A DNA stretch of 64,000 nucleotides from Planctomycetota bacterium (lineage in GTDB: Bacteria; Planctomycetota; UBA1135; UBA2386). The DNA lies in contig OZ245838.1 of assembly GCA_965228735.1 (NCBI GenBank), positions 928,001 to 992,000 of the forward strand. Reading direction: 5' to 3'. The notes below the pieces were generated by a model, which was given only the letters and a program-made list of their open reading frames with translations, was not told where the DNA came from and did no database searches. The position numbers and the translations under genes were made by a program. Position 1 is the first letter of the stretch. Every line of letters begins with the position of its first letter. Shown one piece after another: positions 21,896 through 30,446 of the stretch.

Positions 21896-23347
21896 GTGAC
21901 CGCCGAACGTCCGCGTTACCACCTGACCAGCTACGGCTGTCAGATGAACAAGCTCGACAGCGAGCTCGTCGAGAGCAAGCTCCAGCAACGCGGTTACGCG
22001 CCCGCCGCGACGGAGGACGAGGCCTCGGTCGTCCTCGTGAACACGTGCAGCGTGCGGCAGCACGCCGAGGACCGCGTGTGGTCCAAACTCGGCAAGCTGC
22101 GGATCCGCAAGCGCACCGACCCGGGCCTCGTGGTCGGCGTTCTCGGTTGCATGGCCCAGGAGCACAAGCGCTACATGCTGGCGCGGATGCCGCACGTCGA
22201 CCTCGTCGTCGGGCCGTCGGCGTTCGGCGACATCGACGCGACGGTCGAGCAGGCGCGGAGCAAGAACGCGGACCTCGTTCGCGAACGCGAACCGGCCCGC
22301 ACCAAGCACGACGTGGCCGGTGCAGGGGTGGTCGTGGTCGGCGACGGCACGAGCGGCGACACGATCCGACGGAACGTGAGGGTGCGGCCGCATCGTTCGC
22401 AGGCGTTCGTCTCCGTGATGCGCGGCTGCAACATGCCGTGCACCTACTGCATCGTGCCGTCGACGCGTGGGGACGAGATCTCGCGCCCGATCCCGGACAT
22501 CGTCGAGGAAGCGCAGCGGCTCGTGGACGACGGCGTCACGGAGATCACGTTGCTGGGTCAGACGGTCAACGCCTACGGGCGTGACCTCAAGGGGCAGGAT
22601 GCGACGCTCGCGCGGTTGCTGCGGGCGCTGCACGAGATCCCCGCGCTGCGCCGGCTCGCGTTCATCACGTCGCACCCGAACTTCCTCAACCAGGAGCTCA
22701 TCGACGCGATGGCGGAGCTGCCGCGCGTCGCCCGCTACCTGCATCTGCCGGCGCAGTCCGGCAGCAACGCGGTGCTGAAGACCATGCGGCGGGGCTACAC
22801 CGTCGAGCGCTACAGAAAGCGCGTCGGCCAGCTGCTCGAGAAGGCACCGGACTTCGAGCTCCACAGCGACTGGATCGTCGGCTACCCGGGCGAGACCGCG
22901 GCGGACTTCGATGCGACGGTGCAGTTCGTGCAGGACATCGGGTTCGCACAGAGCTACGTCTTCAAGTACTCGCCACGGCCCGGGACGATTGCGGCCGAGC
23001 TGCCGGACGACGTGCCGACCGCCGAGAAGGAGCGCCGCAACCAGGTGCTGCTCGAGGTGCAGGGCGAGCTCACGGCCGCGCGCAACCGCGCTCTCGTCGG
23101 GCAGCAGGTCGAGGTGCTCGTCGAGGGCGAGAGCAAGGTCGCGGGTCGCGTCAGCGGCCGCACGGTGCATCACCGACTCGTGCACTTCCCGCCGCCGCGG
23201 GGGCAGGCGATCGCGGACCTCGTGGGCGAGTACGTGACCGTCCAGGTCACGGAGGCGCTCGCGCACTCGGTCGTCGGTGAGGTCGTCGCCCAACAGGATC
23301 TGGAGCAGGACCTGCGGCGCGGCGTCGAGTCCGAGGCGACGCAGTGA
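21896..23347 (+). CDS. miaB: tRNA-2-methylthio-N6-dimethylallyladenosine synthase
   Basis: GCQMN, NTCSVR, GCMAQ, radical SAM CNMPCTYC, C-terminal TRAM domain. Confidence 0.95.
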   Translation: MTAERPRYHLTSYGCQMNKLDSELVESKLQQRGYAPAATEDEASVVLVNTCSVRQHAEDRVWSKLGKLRIRKRTDPGLVVGVLGCMAQEHKRYMLARMPHVDLVVGPSAFGDIDATVEQARSKNADLVREREPARTKHDVAGAGVVVVGDGTSGDTIRRNVRVRPHRSQAFVSVMRGCNMPCTYCIVPSTRGDEISRPIPDIVEEAQRLVDDGVTEITLLGQTVNAYGRDLKGQDATLARLLRALHEIPALRRLAFITSHPNFLNQELIDAMAELPRVARYLHLPAQSGSNAVLKTMRRGYTVERYRKRVGQLLEKAPDFELHSDWIVGYPGETAADFDATVQFVQDIGFAQSYVFKYSPRPGTIAAELPDDVPTAEKERRNQVLLEVQGELTAARNRALVGQQVEVLVEGESKVAGRVSGRTVHHRLVHFPPPRGQAIADLVGEYVTVQVTEALAHSVVGEVVAQQDLEQDLRRGVESEATQ

Positions 23348-24447
23348 ACTACGAGGCCTTGATGGCCGAGGCGCTCGAGTTGGCGCAGCGCGGCCGGTTT
23401 CAGGTCGAGCCGAATCCGCGCGTGGGCTGCATCCTGCTGCGCGGCGGCGAGGTCGTCGGTCGCGGTTGGCACGAGTTCTTCGGCGGCCGTCACGCCGAGG
23501 CGATGGCGCTCGACGAAGCGGCCGGCGCCGAGCCGGACACGGCCGTCGTGACGCTCGAGCCCTGTTCGTCGGAGAAGGGTGAGCACGGCAAGAAGACCGC
23601 GCCGTGCGCTCAGGCGCTCATCGACGCCGGCATCCAGAAGGTCGTGATCGGCAGCACGGATCCCAATCCGCGGCACCGCCGGGCGGGCATCGAGCGGCTC
23701 GAGAACGCGGGTGTCGAGGTCGTCGACGGTGTGCTCGCTTCGAAGTGCGACGCGAGCACGGCGCTGTTCCGCAAGGCGCTCGAGCTCGAACGGCCGTGGG
23801 TGCTCGCGAAGTGGGCGATGACCCTCGACGGCAAGACGGCCGCGCCGACGGGTGAAGCCCGCTGGATCTCGGGGCCCGAGGCCCGGCGCCGGACTCACGA
23901 ACTGCGGGCGCGGTGCGGCGGCGTCATGGTCGGGTTTCGCACGGCGCAGATCGACGATCCGGAGCTCACCGTTCGCCACGTCGAGGGCGAGCAGCCGATC
24001 CGCATCGTCGTCGACCCGCTCGGCGAGGTCGACGACGACAGCAACCTCGTGCGCACGGCGACCGAGCTGCCGACCTGGCTGCTCGCGAGCGAAGACGTCG
24101 ACCCGCGCCGCAGCGGCGTGCTGTCGGACCACGGCGTGCAGGTGATCCACGTGCCGACCGCGGAGGGCCCGCGCCGGCTGCACCTCGGTCAGGCGCTCAA
24201 GGAGCTGCACCGCCGCGGCCTGCGCCGCCTCCTGGTCGAAGGCGGCGGCGGCCTCGTCGCCCAGCTCTTCGCGTGGAACTGCGTCGACCAGGTGCTCGCG
24301 TTCGTGGCCCCGAAGATCATCGGCGGCAAGACCTCACCGACCCCGGTCGCCGGCGACGGCCGCCCGTTCATGGCCGAAGCCTGGCAACTCCGCGACGTCG
24401 CGTTCCAGCCCTGCGAAGAGGACATCGCGATCCAAGGCTTCCTCTAA
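23344..24447 (+). CDS. ribD: Riboflavin biosynthesis deaminase/reductase
   Basis: PNPRVGC, HAE, TLEPC...C, KWAMTLDGK, DDPELTVR, VEGGG. Confidence 0.95.
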   Translation: MNYEALMAEALELAQRGRFQVEPNPRVGCILLRGGEVVGRGWHEFFGGRHAEAMALDEAAGAEPDTAVVTLEPCSSEKGEHGKKTAPCAQALIDAGIQKVVIGSTDPNPRHRRAGIERLENAGVEVVDGVLASKCDASTALFRKALELERPWVLAKWAMTLDGKTAAPTGEARWISGPEARRRTHELRARCGGVMVGFRTAQIDDPELTVRHVEGEQPIRIVVDPLGEVDDDSNLVRTATELPTWLLASEDVDPRRSGVLSDHGVQVIHVPTAEGPRRLHLGQALKELHRRGLRRLLVEGGGGLVAQLFAWNCVDQVLAFVAPKIIGGKTSPTPVAGDGRPFMAEAWQLRDVAFQPCEEDIAIQGFL

Positions 24448-24488
24448 GGGTTGGGTACGGTGTCTGGCACGAACAACAACCCGTAGGT

Positions 24489-26030
24489 TCACTTCAGGAC
24501 GACGACCGGGCTCTGGATGCCGGTGCGGCCGATGCCCGAGACTGCGATTGCGCGGTAGCCCGCCGGGATCGTGCAGCGGCCGTGGTCGGCGCCGACGACG
24601 CTCGCCGTGTGCCAGCCGAGCGTGTCGAGGACCTGCACCGCGACGAAGCGGGTGTCACGATCCGGCGGCCAGCGCACGGTGACGCCGTCGCTGCCGCGCT
24701 CGAGGCGGGCCTTCGGTTTCGGCGGTGCGGTCGTTCCGAGCCACGGGGACTCGGGCGCGATCGCGAGTTCGCCGTAGAGGCGTTTGCGCAGCGCGCCGCC
24801 GACGTTGGGTGCGTCGGTGCGCAGCGCCTTGAAGCTGAAGTGGACGTGACCCAGTGACACCTGACCGTTCCTGCCCTCGCCGCGGATCAATTCGATCTGG
24901 TCCGTGAGCTCGTTCGGTCGGCACGGCGGCTTCTGCTGCAGGCACCGCCCCGGGTTGATGCCGGGCCAGACGTGGCGGTAGATCACGTTCTTGCGGTGCC
25001 AGTAGCGCAGCAGGACGGGGAAGCTCTGCGGCTTCTGGTCGATCGGCCAGTAGAGCTGCGGTGCGAGATAGTCGAGCCAGCCCTGCCGCAGCCAGTGCGG
25101 CACATCGGCGTAGAGATCCTCGTATTGATCGATGCCGGCCTTGATGCCGGCGGGCTCGCCGGGGCGCGCGATGCCGAACGGGCTGATGCCGACCTGCACC
25201 CAGGACTTCTCGTCGTGCACGTTCTCGTAGAGGTCGCGGACGAAGTCGTCGATGTTCTGCCGCCGCCAGTCCGACCGCCCGAGTTTGCCGCCGCGCGCGC
25301 GATAGCCGGCGTAGCTGCGCTCGTCGTCGAACTTCACCCCGCGCACCGGGTACGGATAGAAGTAGTCGTCGATGTGCACGCCGTCGACGTCGTAGCGCCG
25401 CACGACGTCGAGGATCACGCGCATCGACCACTCGCGCGCCTTGGGATCGCCCGGGTCCATCCATTCGTACGACCCGAACTTCACGCACGCCTCCGGCAGG
25501 ACGCGGCGGACGCTCGACCGATCGGGCGGCGACTTGCCGCTCGGGTGACCGCAGCGGAACGGATTGAACCACGCGTGCAGTTCGAGTCCGTGGCGGTGGC
25601 AGCGATCGATCACGTACTCGAGCGGATCCCAGTCCGTGCCCGGCGCCCGGCCCTGCTTGCCGGTCAGCCACTCCGACCACGGCTCGAGCACCGAACGGTA
25701 CATCGCGTCGGCTGCCGGGCGGACCTGGAACACGAGCGCGTTCAGCCGGAGTTCGGCCGCGCGGTCGACGATCGCGTCGAGCTCGGCCCGGGCCGCAGCC
25801 GTCGAGAGCCCGGGGCGTGACGGCCAGTCAATGTTGGCGACCGTCGCGACCCACGCGGCGCGGAACTCGCGGAGGAGCGGCGGTGGCGTCTCACGTCGTT
25901 GCGCCGCTGCGGGTTCGGTGCACGCGGACAACGTCAGAGCCAGCCCGAGCACCAGCAGCAGCCAGCTCGGTGGCCGGCCCGCGAGTCGCGAGAGTCGTGA
26001 GGAGAACCAGTTGCGCCGCCACCCAGCCAT
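24489..26030 (-). CDS. GHL10/DUF187 (YddW/DigH-like) glycosyl hydrolase lipoprotein
   Basis: LSAC lipobox; EFRAAWVATVANIDWPS, FQVRP, HAWFNPF, YDVDGVHIDDYFYPY, ISPFGI, PQLYW. Start position approximate. Confidence 0.9.
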   Translation of the reverse strand: MAGWRRNWFSSRLSRLAGRPPSWLLLVLGLALTLSACTEPAAAQRRETPPPLLREFRAAWVATVANIDWPSRPGLSTAAARAELDAIVDRAAELRLNALVFQVRPAADAMYRSVLEPWSEWLTGKQGRAPGTDWDPLEYVIDRCHRHGLELHAWFNPFRCGHPSGKSPPDRSSVRRVLPEACVKFGSYEWMDPGDPKAREWSMRVILDVVRRYDVDGVHIDDYFYPYPVRGVKFDDERSYAGYRARGGKLGRSDWRRQNIDDFVRDLYENVHDEKSWVQVGISPFGIARPGEPAGIKAGIDQYEDLYADVPHWLRQGWLDYLAPQLYWPIDQKPQSFPVLLRYWHRKNVIYRHVWPGINPGRCLQQKPPCRPNELTDQIELIRGEGRNGQVSLGHVHFSFKALRTDAPNVGGALRKRLYGELAIAPESPWLGTTAPPKPKARLERGSDGVTVRWPPDRDTRFVAVQVLDTLGWHTASVVGADHGRCTIPAGYRAIAVSGIGRTGIQSPVVVLK

Positions 26031-26185
26031 CGTCGCCCGATTGTCGGTCAACCGAGTGACGGACGCCACCGGATGTTGCGAGCAACTCGGGCAAAACCGG
26101 GCAACTGCATGCAGGCCCATCGGCCGCTACGTTCTGCACTCCCGTGAGGCCTCGAATAGTTCGACCGCCCCACGCAGGATCCACG

Positions 26186-29100
26186 ATGCCTCGAATCGCC
26201 CTCCCTTTCGCGATGGCGTTCTGCCTCGCTCCGGTCAGCCTGCTGTCCGCGCAGAACGAGCGGTTGCCAGAAACGTTCCAGGTCGCGCTCGGCATGCAGC
26301 AGCGCGGCATGCACGAAGAAGCCGCGCGCTACTTCAGTCAGTTCGTCGACCAGAGCCCGCGCCATCCGCTGCGCGCCGAGGCGCACTACCGCGCGGGCGT
26401 GAGTCAGGCCGCGGCCGGTGCGGCGCGCGACGCCGTGCGTTCGCTGCAGTCCGCGTTGCAACGCGGCGGCGAGAACTTCCGCCTCAAGCCGGAGTGTCGG
26501 TATCGCCTCGGCAATCTGCTCCAGGAAGCCGAGGAGCACGCGGCTGCCGCGACCCAGTTCGAGGCGCTCGGCAAGGAAGTGAAGAACGACCACTACCTGC
26601 GCGCCCCCGCGTGGTTCGCGGCCGGCGAGTGTCGCCGGGAACTCGGGGATGACGGCAAGGCCGCCGTGGCATTCGCCGCGAGCGTCGAGTCCGCGACCGG
26701 CGAGCAGCGTGAGTATCTGTTCCCGGGGCTGTATCAGCTCGGTTTCTGTCTGCGGCGCGTCGACGCGCTGCCCGAGGCCGCGACCGTGTTCGCGCGCGCG
26801 GCGGAAGCGGCGCCCGATGCAGCGGCGCAGGGTGAGTGCCGTTACCTCGAAGGGGACACCCTGCTGCGGCTCGAGAAGTACGGGCCGGCCCGGGAGGCCT
26901 TCACGGCCGCGCTGCGCGTCGAGTCGGACTTCCGCGACGATGCCCAGTTCGGTCTCGGCTGGGTCGCGCTCGGCGAGGACGACCAGGAGGCGGCGCGGGC
27001 GGCGTTCGCCGCCGTCGTGGGGGAACATCGCGACTCGCCGCTCGCCGGGAAGGCGCGCCTCGAGCTCGGCCGGTCGTGGTATCGCGCGGAGAACTACGAG
27101 GCCTGCCAACGCGCCCTGACGCCGCTGACGGGCAACAACGTGGCGGCCGACCTGCAGCGCGAGGCGCGTGAGCTGCTCGGCCTGTGCGCGCTCGCGACGG
27201 GTGCCGGCGAACAGGCGGTGGCGACGTTGCAGAAGTCGATCAGCGAGGCGGCCGCGGCGGATCGCCCGCGGCTGTCGTTCGCGCTTGGCGAAGCGCACGC
27301 CAACCTCGGGCAGTGGCAGGAGGCGGCCGCGGCCTACGCGAAGGTGCCGGCGGGAGCCGGGCCGGAGCTGTTCGGTGACGCGCTCTACGGCCACTGCTTC
27401 GCCCTGCACATGCTCGGCGCGCACGAACAGTCGAACGATCGCGCGCGGGCGTTGCTGGCCTTGCAGCCGGCGCACCGCCTCGCGCCCCATGCCAGGTTCG
27501 CGGTCGCGGAGAACCTGTTCCTCATGCAGGACTATCCCGGCGCGGCCGAGGTCTACGGCGCGCTCGAGGGCAGCGACGAGTTCGGCGAGCGGGCCGCCTG
27601 GAAGCTCGCCTGGTGCGCCTACCTGCAGGACGACAAACAGAACGCGGCGGCTCGCTTCGGCAGGCTCGCCGCGTCGGACGCGGGGTTCGCCGAGGAGGCG
27701 CTGGCAATGACGGCGCTCGCGCTGCTCGAGGCCGGCAACGCCGACGCGGCGTTGACCGAGGCCGACCGCTACCGGGCGCGGTACCGCGAGGGCGCGTTCC
27801 TCGACCGCACGGAACGGGTCGCGGCGCGCGTGCTGCGGCAGCGCGGCAACCTGGCCGGGGCGCGCCGCCGCCTCGAGCGGGCCGCGGCCGCGGCAGGCAA
27901 CGAGCAGGAGGCGACGGGCGATCGCCTGGAGCAGGCCGAGCTCGCGTACCAGGAGGGCGACTACGAGGCCGCCGACGGTTTGTTCGAACCGTTGATGGGC
28001 CGCGACGACGCGACGGGCGCGCGCGCGATCGCGGGCCGCGCGTGGTGCGCGTTCGAGCTCGGCGACGACGAGCGCTGCAGCGCGCTGATCGCGCGCGGAC
28101 TCGGCCATCCCCACAAAGGCGAGGTGCCGGGTCTCCTCGAGCTGAAGTCGGCGGTGTGTCACCGGCAGTCGGACTGGCCGGGTGCGATCGAGGTCGCGCA
28201 GACCTACCTGCGCTCGTTCGCCGATCACAGCAAGGCGCCGGCGATGCGCTACGCGCTCGGGGTGGCGCAGGCGCGCAACGAGGATCACGCCGCGGCATGC
28301 GCGACGCTCGCGGCGCTCGAACGTGACGGCGGCTACGAGCGGCCGGACCGCGTGCAGTACGAGCTCGCCTGGGCCTGCCGTCGCGCCGGCCAGGAGAACG
28401 AAGCGCTCGCGGCGTTCGCGCGCCTGCTCATCGGGACCAAGGACGAGGAGCTGGCCGGCGAGGCGCGGCTGCATCTCGGCGTCGCGGCGCTCGAGAACGA
28501 CAAGACCCCGGAAGCGACGGGCTTGCTCGCGGCCGTCCGCGGCAGCCACCGTGGCCGCGCGCTGTATCAGCTCGCGTTCGCCGAGTTCGAGCGCAGCGAG
28601 TCGCAGCGCGGGGCCGAGCGGGACAAGACGTTGAGCACCGCCCGCACGCGATTCGACGAGGTCGCGGGGCGTCAGGGTGAGCCGCTGGCCGGCGAGGCGC
28701 TCTACCTCGGTGCCGAATGCAGCCAGAAGCTCGGTGACCACGAAGGGGCGGTCGCGCGCGCCCGGCGGTTGCTGGACGCGATGCCGGACCACGAACGCGG
28801 TGACCGCGCCCGGCTCGTGCTCGGTGAATCCGCCGTCGCGCTCGGTCAGGGGGATCTCGCCGTGCCCGCGCTGGAACGCTTCCTGCGCGACGGCGAACCC
28901 GAAGGCACGGCCGCGGCGCGCGGTCACCTGGCGCTCGGGCGCGCGCGCCTGCTGCGGGGCGAGTGCAAGCGGGCGGAGTCGTCGTTCCAGAAGGTGACGG
29001 CGATCAGCGAGGGGCCGCTCGGCGCCGAGGCGCAGTACCGCATCGGCGAGGCCCGGCAGCAGGACGGCAACCTGCAGGGCGCGGCGGACGCGTTCGTCAA

Positions 29101-29278
29101 ACTGCCGATCCTCTACGCCCACGAGGAGTGGGTGCGGAAGGGGCTGCTCGCGGCCGGGATGACCTACCAGCAGCTGCGGCAACCGCAGAAGGCGAGCCGC
29201 TTCTTCGAAGAACTCCAGTCCAAGTATCCCGACAGCCCCGAGGCGGCCGCAGCGAAGGCGCGCCAGCGCAACGGCTGA
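26186..29278 (+). CDS. Large periplasmic TPR protein (~1030 aa) with CpoB/YbgF-like C-terminus
   Basis: AGGA Shine-Dalgarno and signal peptide; continuous TPR-like helices; ends AEAQYRIGE...EELQSKYPDSPEA. Confidence 0.85.
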   Translation: MPRIALPFAMAFCLAPVSLLSAQNERLPETFQVALGMQQRGMHEEAARYFSQFVDQSPRHPLRAEAHYRAGVSQAAAGAARDAVRSLQSALQRGGENFRLKPECRYRLGNLLQEAEEHAAAATQFEALGKEVKNDHYLRAPAWFAAGECRRELGDDGKAAVAFAASVESATGEQREYLFPGLYQLGFCLRRVDALPEAATVFARAAEAAPDAAAQGECRYLEGDTLLRLEKYGPAREAFTAALRVESDFRDDAQFGLGWVALGEDDQEAARAAFAAVVGEHRDSPLAGKARLELGRSWYRAENYEACQRALTPLTGNNVAADLQREARELLGLCALATGAGEQAVATLQKSISEAAAADRPRLSFALGEAHANLGQWQEAAAAYAKVPAGAGPELFGDALYGHCFALHMLGAHEQSNDRARALLALQPAHRLAPHARFAVAENLFLMQDYPGAAEVYGALEGSDEFGERAAWKLAWCAYLQDDKQNAAARFGRLAASDAGFAEEALAMTALALLEAGNADAALTEADRYRARYREGAFLDRTERVAARVLRQRGNLAGARRRLERAAAAAGNEQEATGDRLEQAELAYQEGDYEAADGLFEPLMGRDDATGARAIAGRAWCAFELGDDERCSALIARGLGHPHKGEVPGLLELKSAVCHRQSDWPGAIEVAQTYLRSFADHSKAPAMRYALGVAQARNEDHAAACATLAALERDGGYERPDRVQYELAWACRRAGQENEALAAFARLLIGTKDEELAGEARLHLGVAALENDKTPEATGLLAAVRGSHRGRALYQLAFAEFERSESQRGAERDKTLSTARTRFDEVAGRQGEPLAGEALYLGAECSQKLGDHEGAVARARRLLDAMPDHERGDRARLVLGESAVALGQGDLAVPALERFLRDGEPEGTAAARGHLALGRARLLRGECKRAESSFQKVTAISEGPLGAEAQYRIGEARQQDGNLQGAADAFVKLPILYAHEEWVRKGLLAAGMTYQQLRQPQKASRFFEELQSKYPDSPEAAAAKARQRNG

Positions 29279-29296
29279 ACCCCGAGGTAGCCAAGC

Positions 29297-29995
29297 ATGC
29301 TCTCGTTCGCGAACACGTTCCCGCAGGAGCCGACGGTCGTTGCGACCGTGGGTGAGTTCTTCGATGCCGGTGGGGCGCTCATGTGGGCGATCCTCGCCTG
29401 CTCCGTCGTCGTCGTCGGGCTCGCGCTCGAACGCTACCTGTCGTTGCGGCGCGGGCGGATCCTGCCGCGCGTCGTCGTCGATTCCGTCGAGCAGATCGAG
29501 CAGGGCCGGGTCGACGTGGTCGCTGACGGGATGCTCGCGTCCAAGGCGCCCGCGGGTCGCGTGCTCGCGGCTGGCATCCGGCGGCGGGGTCGCGTCCTGA
29601 GCGAGGTCGAGAAGGCGATGGAGGACCAGATGCTGAAGGAGCAGGCCCGCCTGCGCGGCAACATCCGCGGCATCACGCTGTGTGCCGCGATCGCGCCGTT
29701 GCTCGGTCTGCTCGGCACCGTGCTCGGCATCGCGGACGCGTTCGCGGCGGTCGAGCAGACCGGTCTCGGTTCGGCGGACGGCAGCGAAGCGCTCGCAGCG
29801 GGCATCAAGTCGGCGCTCTACACGACGATCTTCGGCCTCGGCGTCGCGATCCCGGCGACGCTGCTGTCCGCGCACCTGCACGCGCGCGTGCGGCGGCTGA
29901 TCCTCGTCGCGAGCGATGCCCTCGCGCCGGCGATCGATCGTCTCGCGCCGGCGGTGGGACCGCAGCGCAGCGAAGGGGAGCACCATGCGGCTTGA
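29297..29995 (+). CDS. exbB: MotA/TolQ/ExbB proton channel protein
   Basis: GGALMWAIL, APLLGLLGTVLG, ALYTTIFGLGVAIPA. Confidence 0.92.
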   Translation: MLSFANTFPQEPTVVATVGEFFDAGGALMWAILACSVVVVGLALERYLSLRRGRILPRVVVDSVEQIEQGRVDVVADGMLASKAPAGRVLAAGIRRRGRVLSEVEKAMEDQMLKEQARLRGNIRGITLCAAIAPLLGLLGTVLGIADAFAAVEQTGLGSADGSEALAAGIKSALYTTIFGLGVAIPATLLSAHLHARVRRLILVASDALAPAIDRLAPAVGPQRSEGEHHAA

Positions 29996-30404
29996 CCTCG
30001 AGAGCGGCAGCGAGTCGGACGACGTCATCAACATGATGCCGCTCGTCGACGTGGTGTTCCTGCTGCTGATCTTCTTCCTGGCGGCCACGACGTTCGCGCG
30101 CAACGAGGTCGAGCTCGACCTCAAGCTGCCGAAGGCGCGGTCCGGCGAGGCCAGCACGCCGGTGCAACGCCTCGTCGTCAACGTGTTCGCGGATGGCCGG
30201 ATCGTCGTCGACGGTCGCGAGGTCACGGTGGAGGCGTTGCGGCAGAAGCTCGCGGCGGCCGCGCGCCGCAACCGCGAACAGTCCGTGCTCGTGCGCGGCG
30301 ATCGCTCGGCGCAGTTCGGCGTCGGCATCGCGGTGCTCGACGCGTGCAAGCTCGCCAAGATCACGAAGGTCGACTTCGGCGCGTTGCCCGAAGCCGGTCG
30401 CTGA
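29985..30404 (+). CDS. exbD: ExbD/TolR protein
   Basis: GGGGAG Shine-Dalgarno; INMMPLVDVVFLLLIFF with the conserved membrane Asp; VLVRGDR. Confidence 0.93.
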   Translation: MRLDLESGSESDDVINMMPLVDVVFLLLIFFLAATTFARNEVELDLKLPKARSGEASTPVQRLVVNVFADGRIVVDGREVTVEALRQKLAAAARRNREQSVLVRGDRSAQFGVGIAVLDACKLAKITKVDFGALPEAGR

Positions 30405-30446
30405 GCTCCCAAACCCACCTTCGCCCCGCCTCCTTCCGACGATCCG

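Noticed and set aside
26048..30418. 1456-aa minus-strand ORF
   Set aside because: Antisense shadow of the TPR-exbB-exbD genes; long stop-free antisense frames are expected at this GC content.
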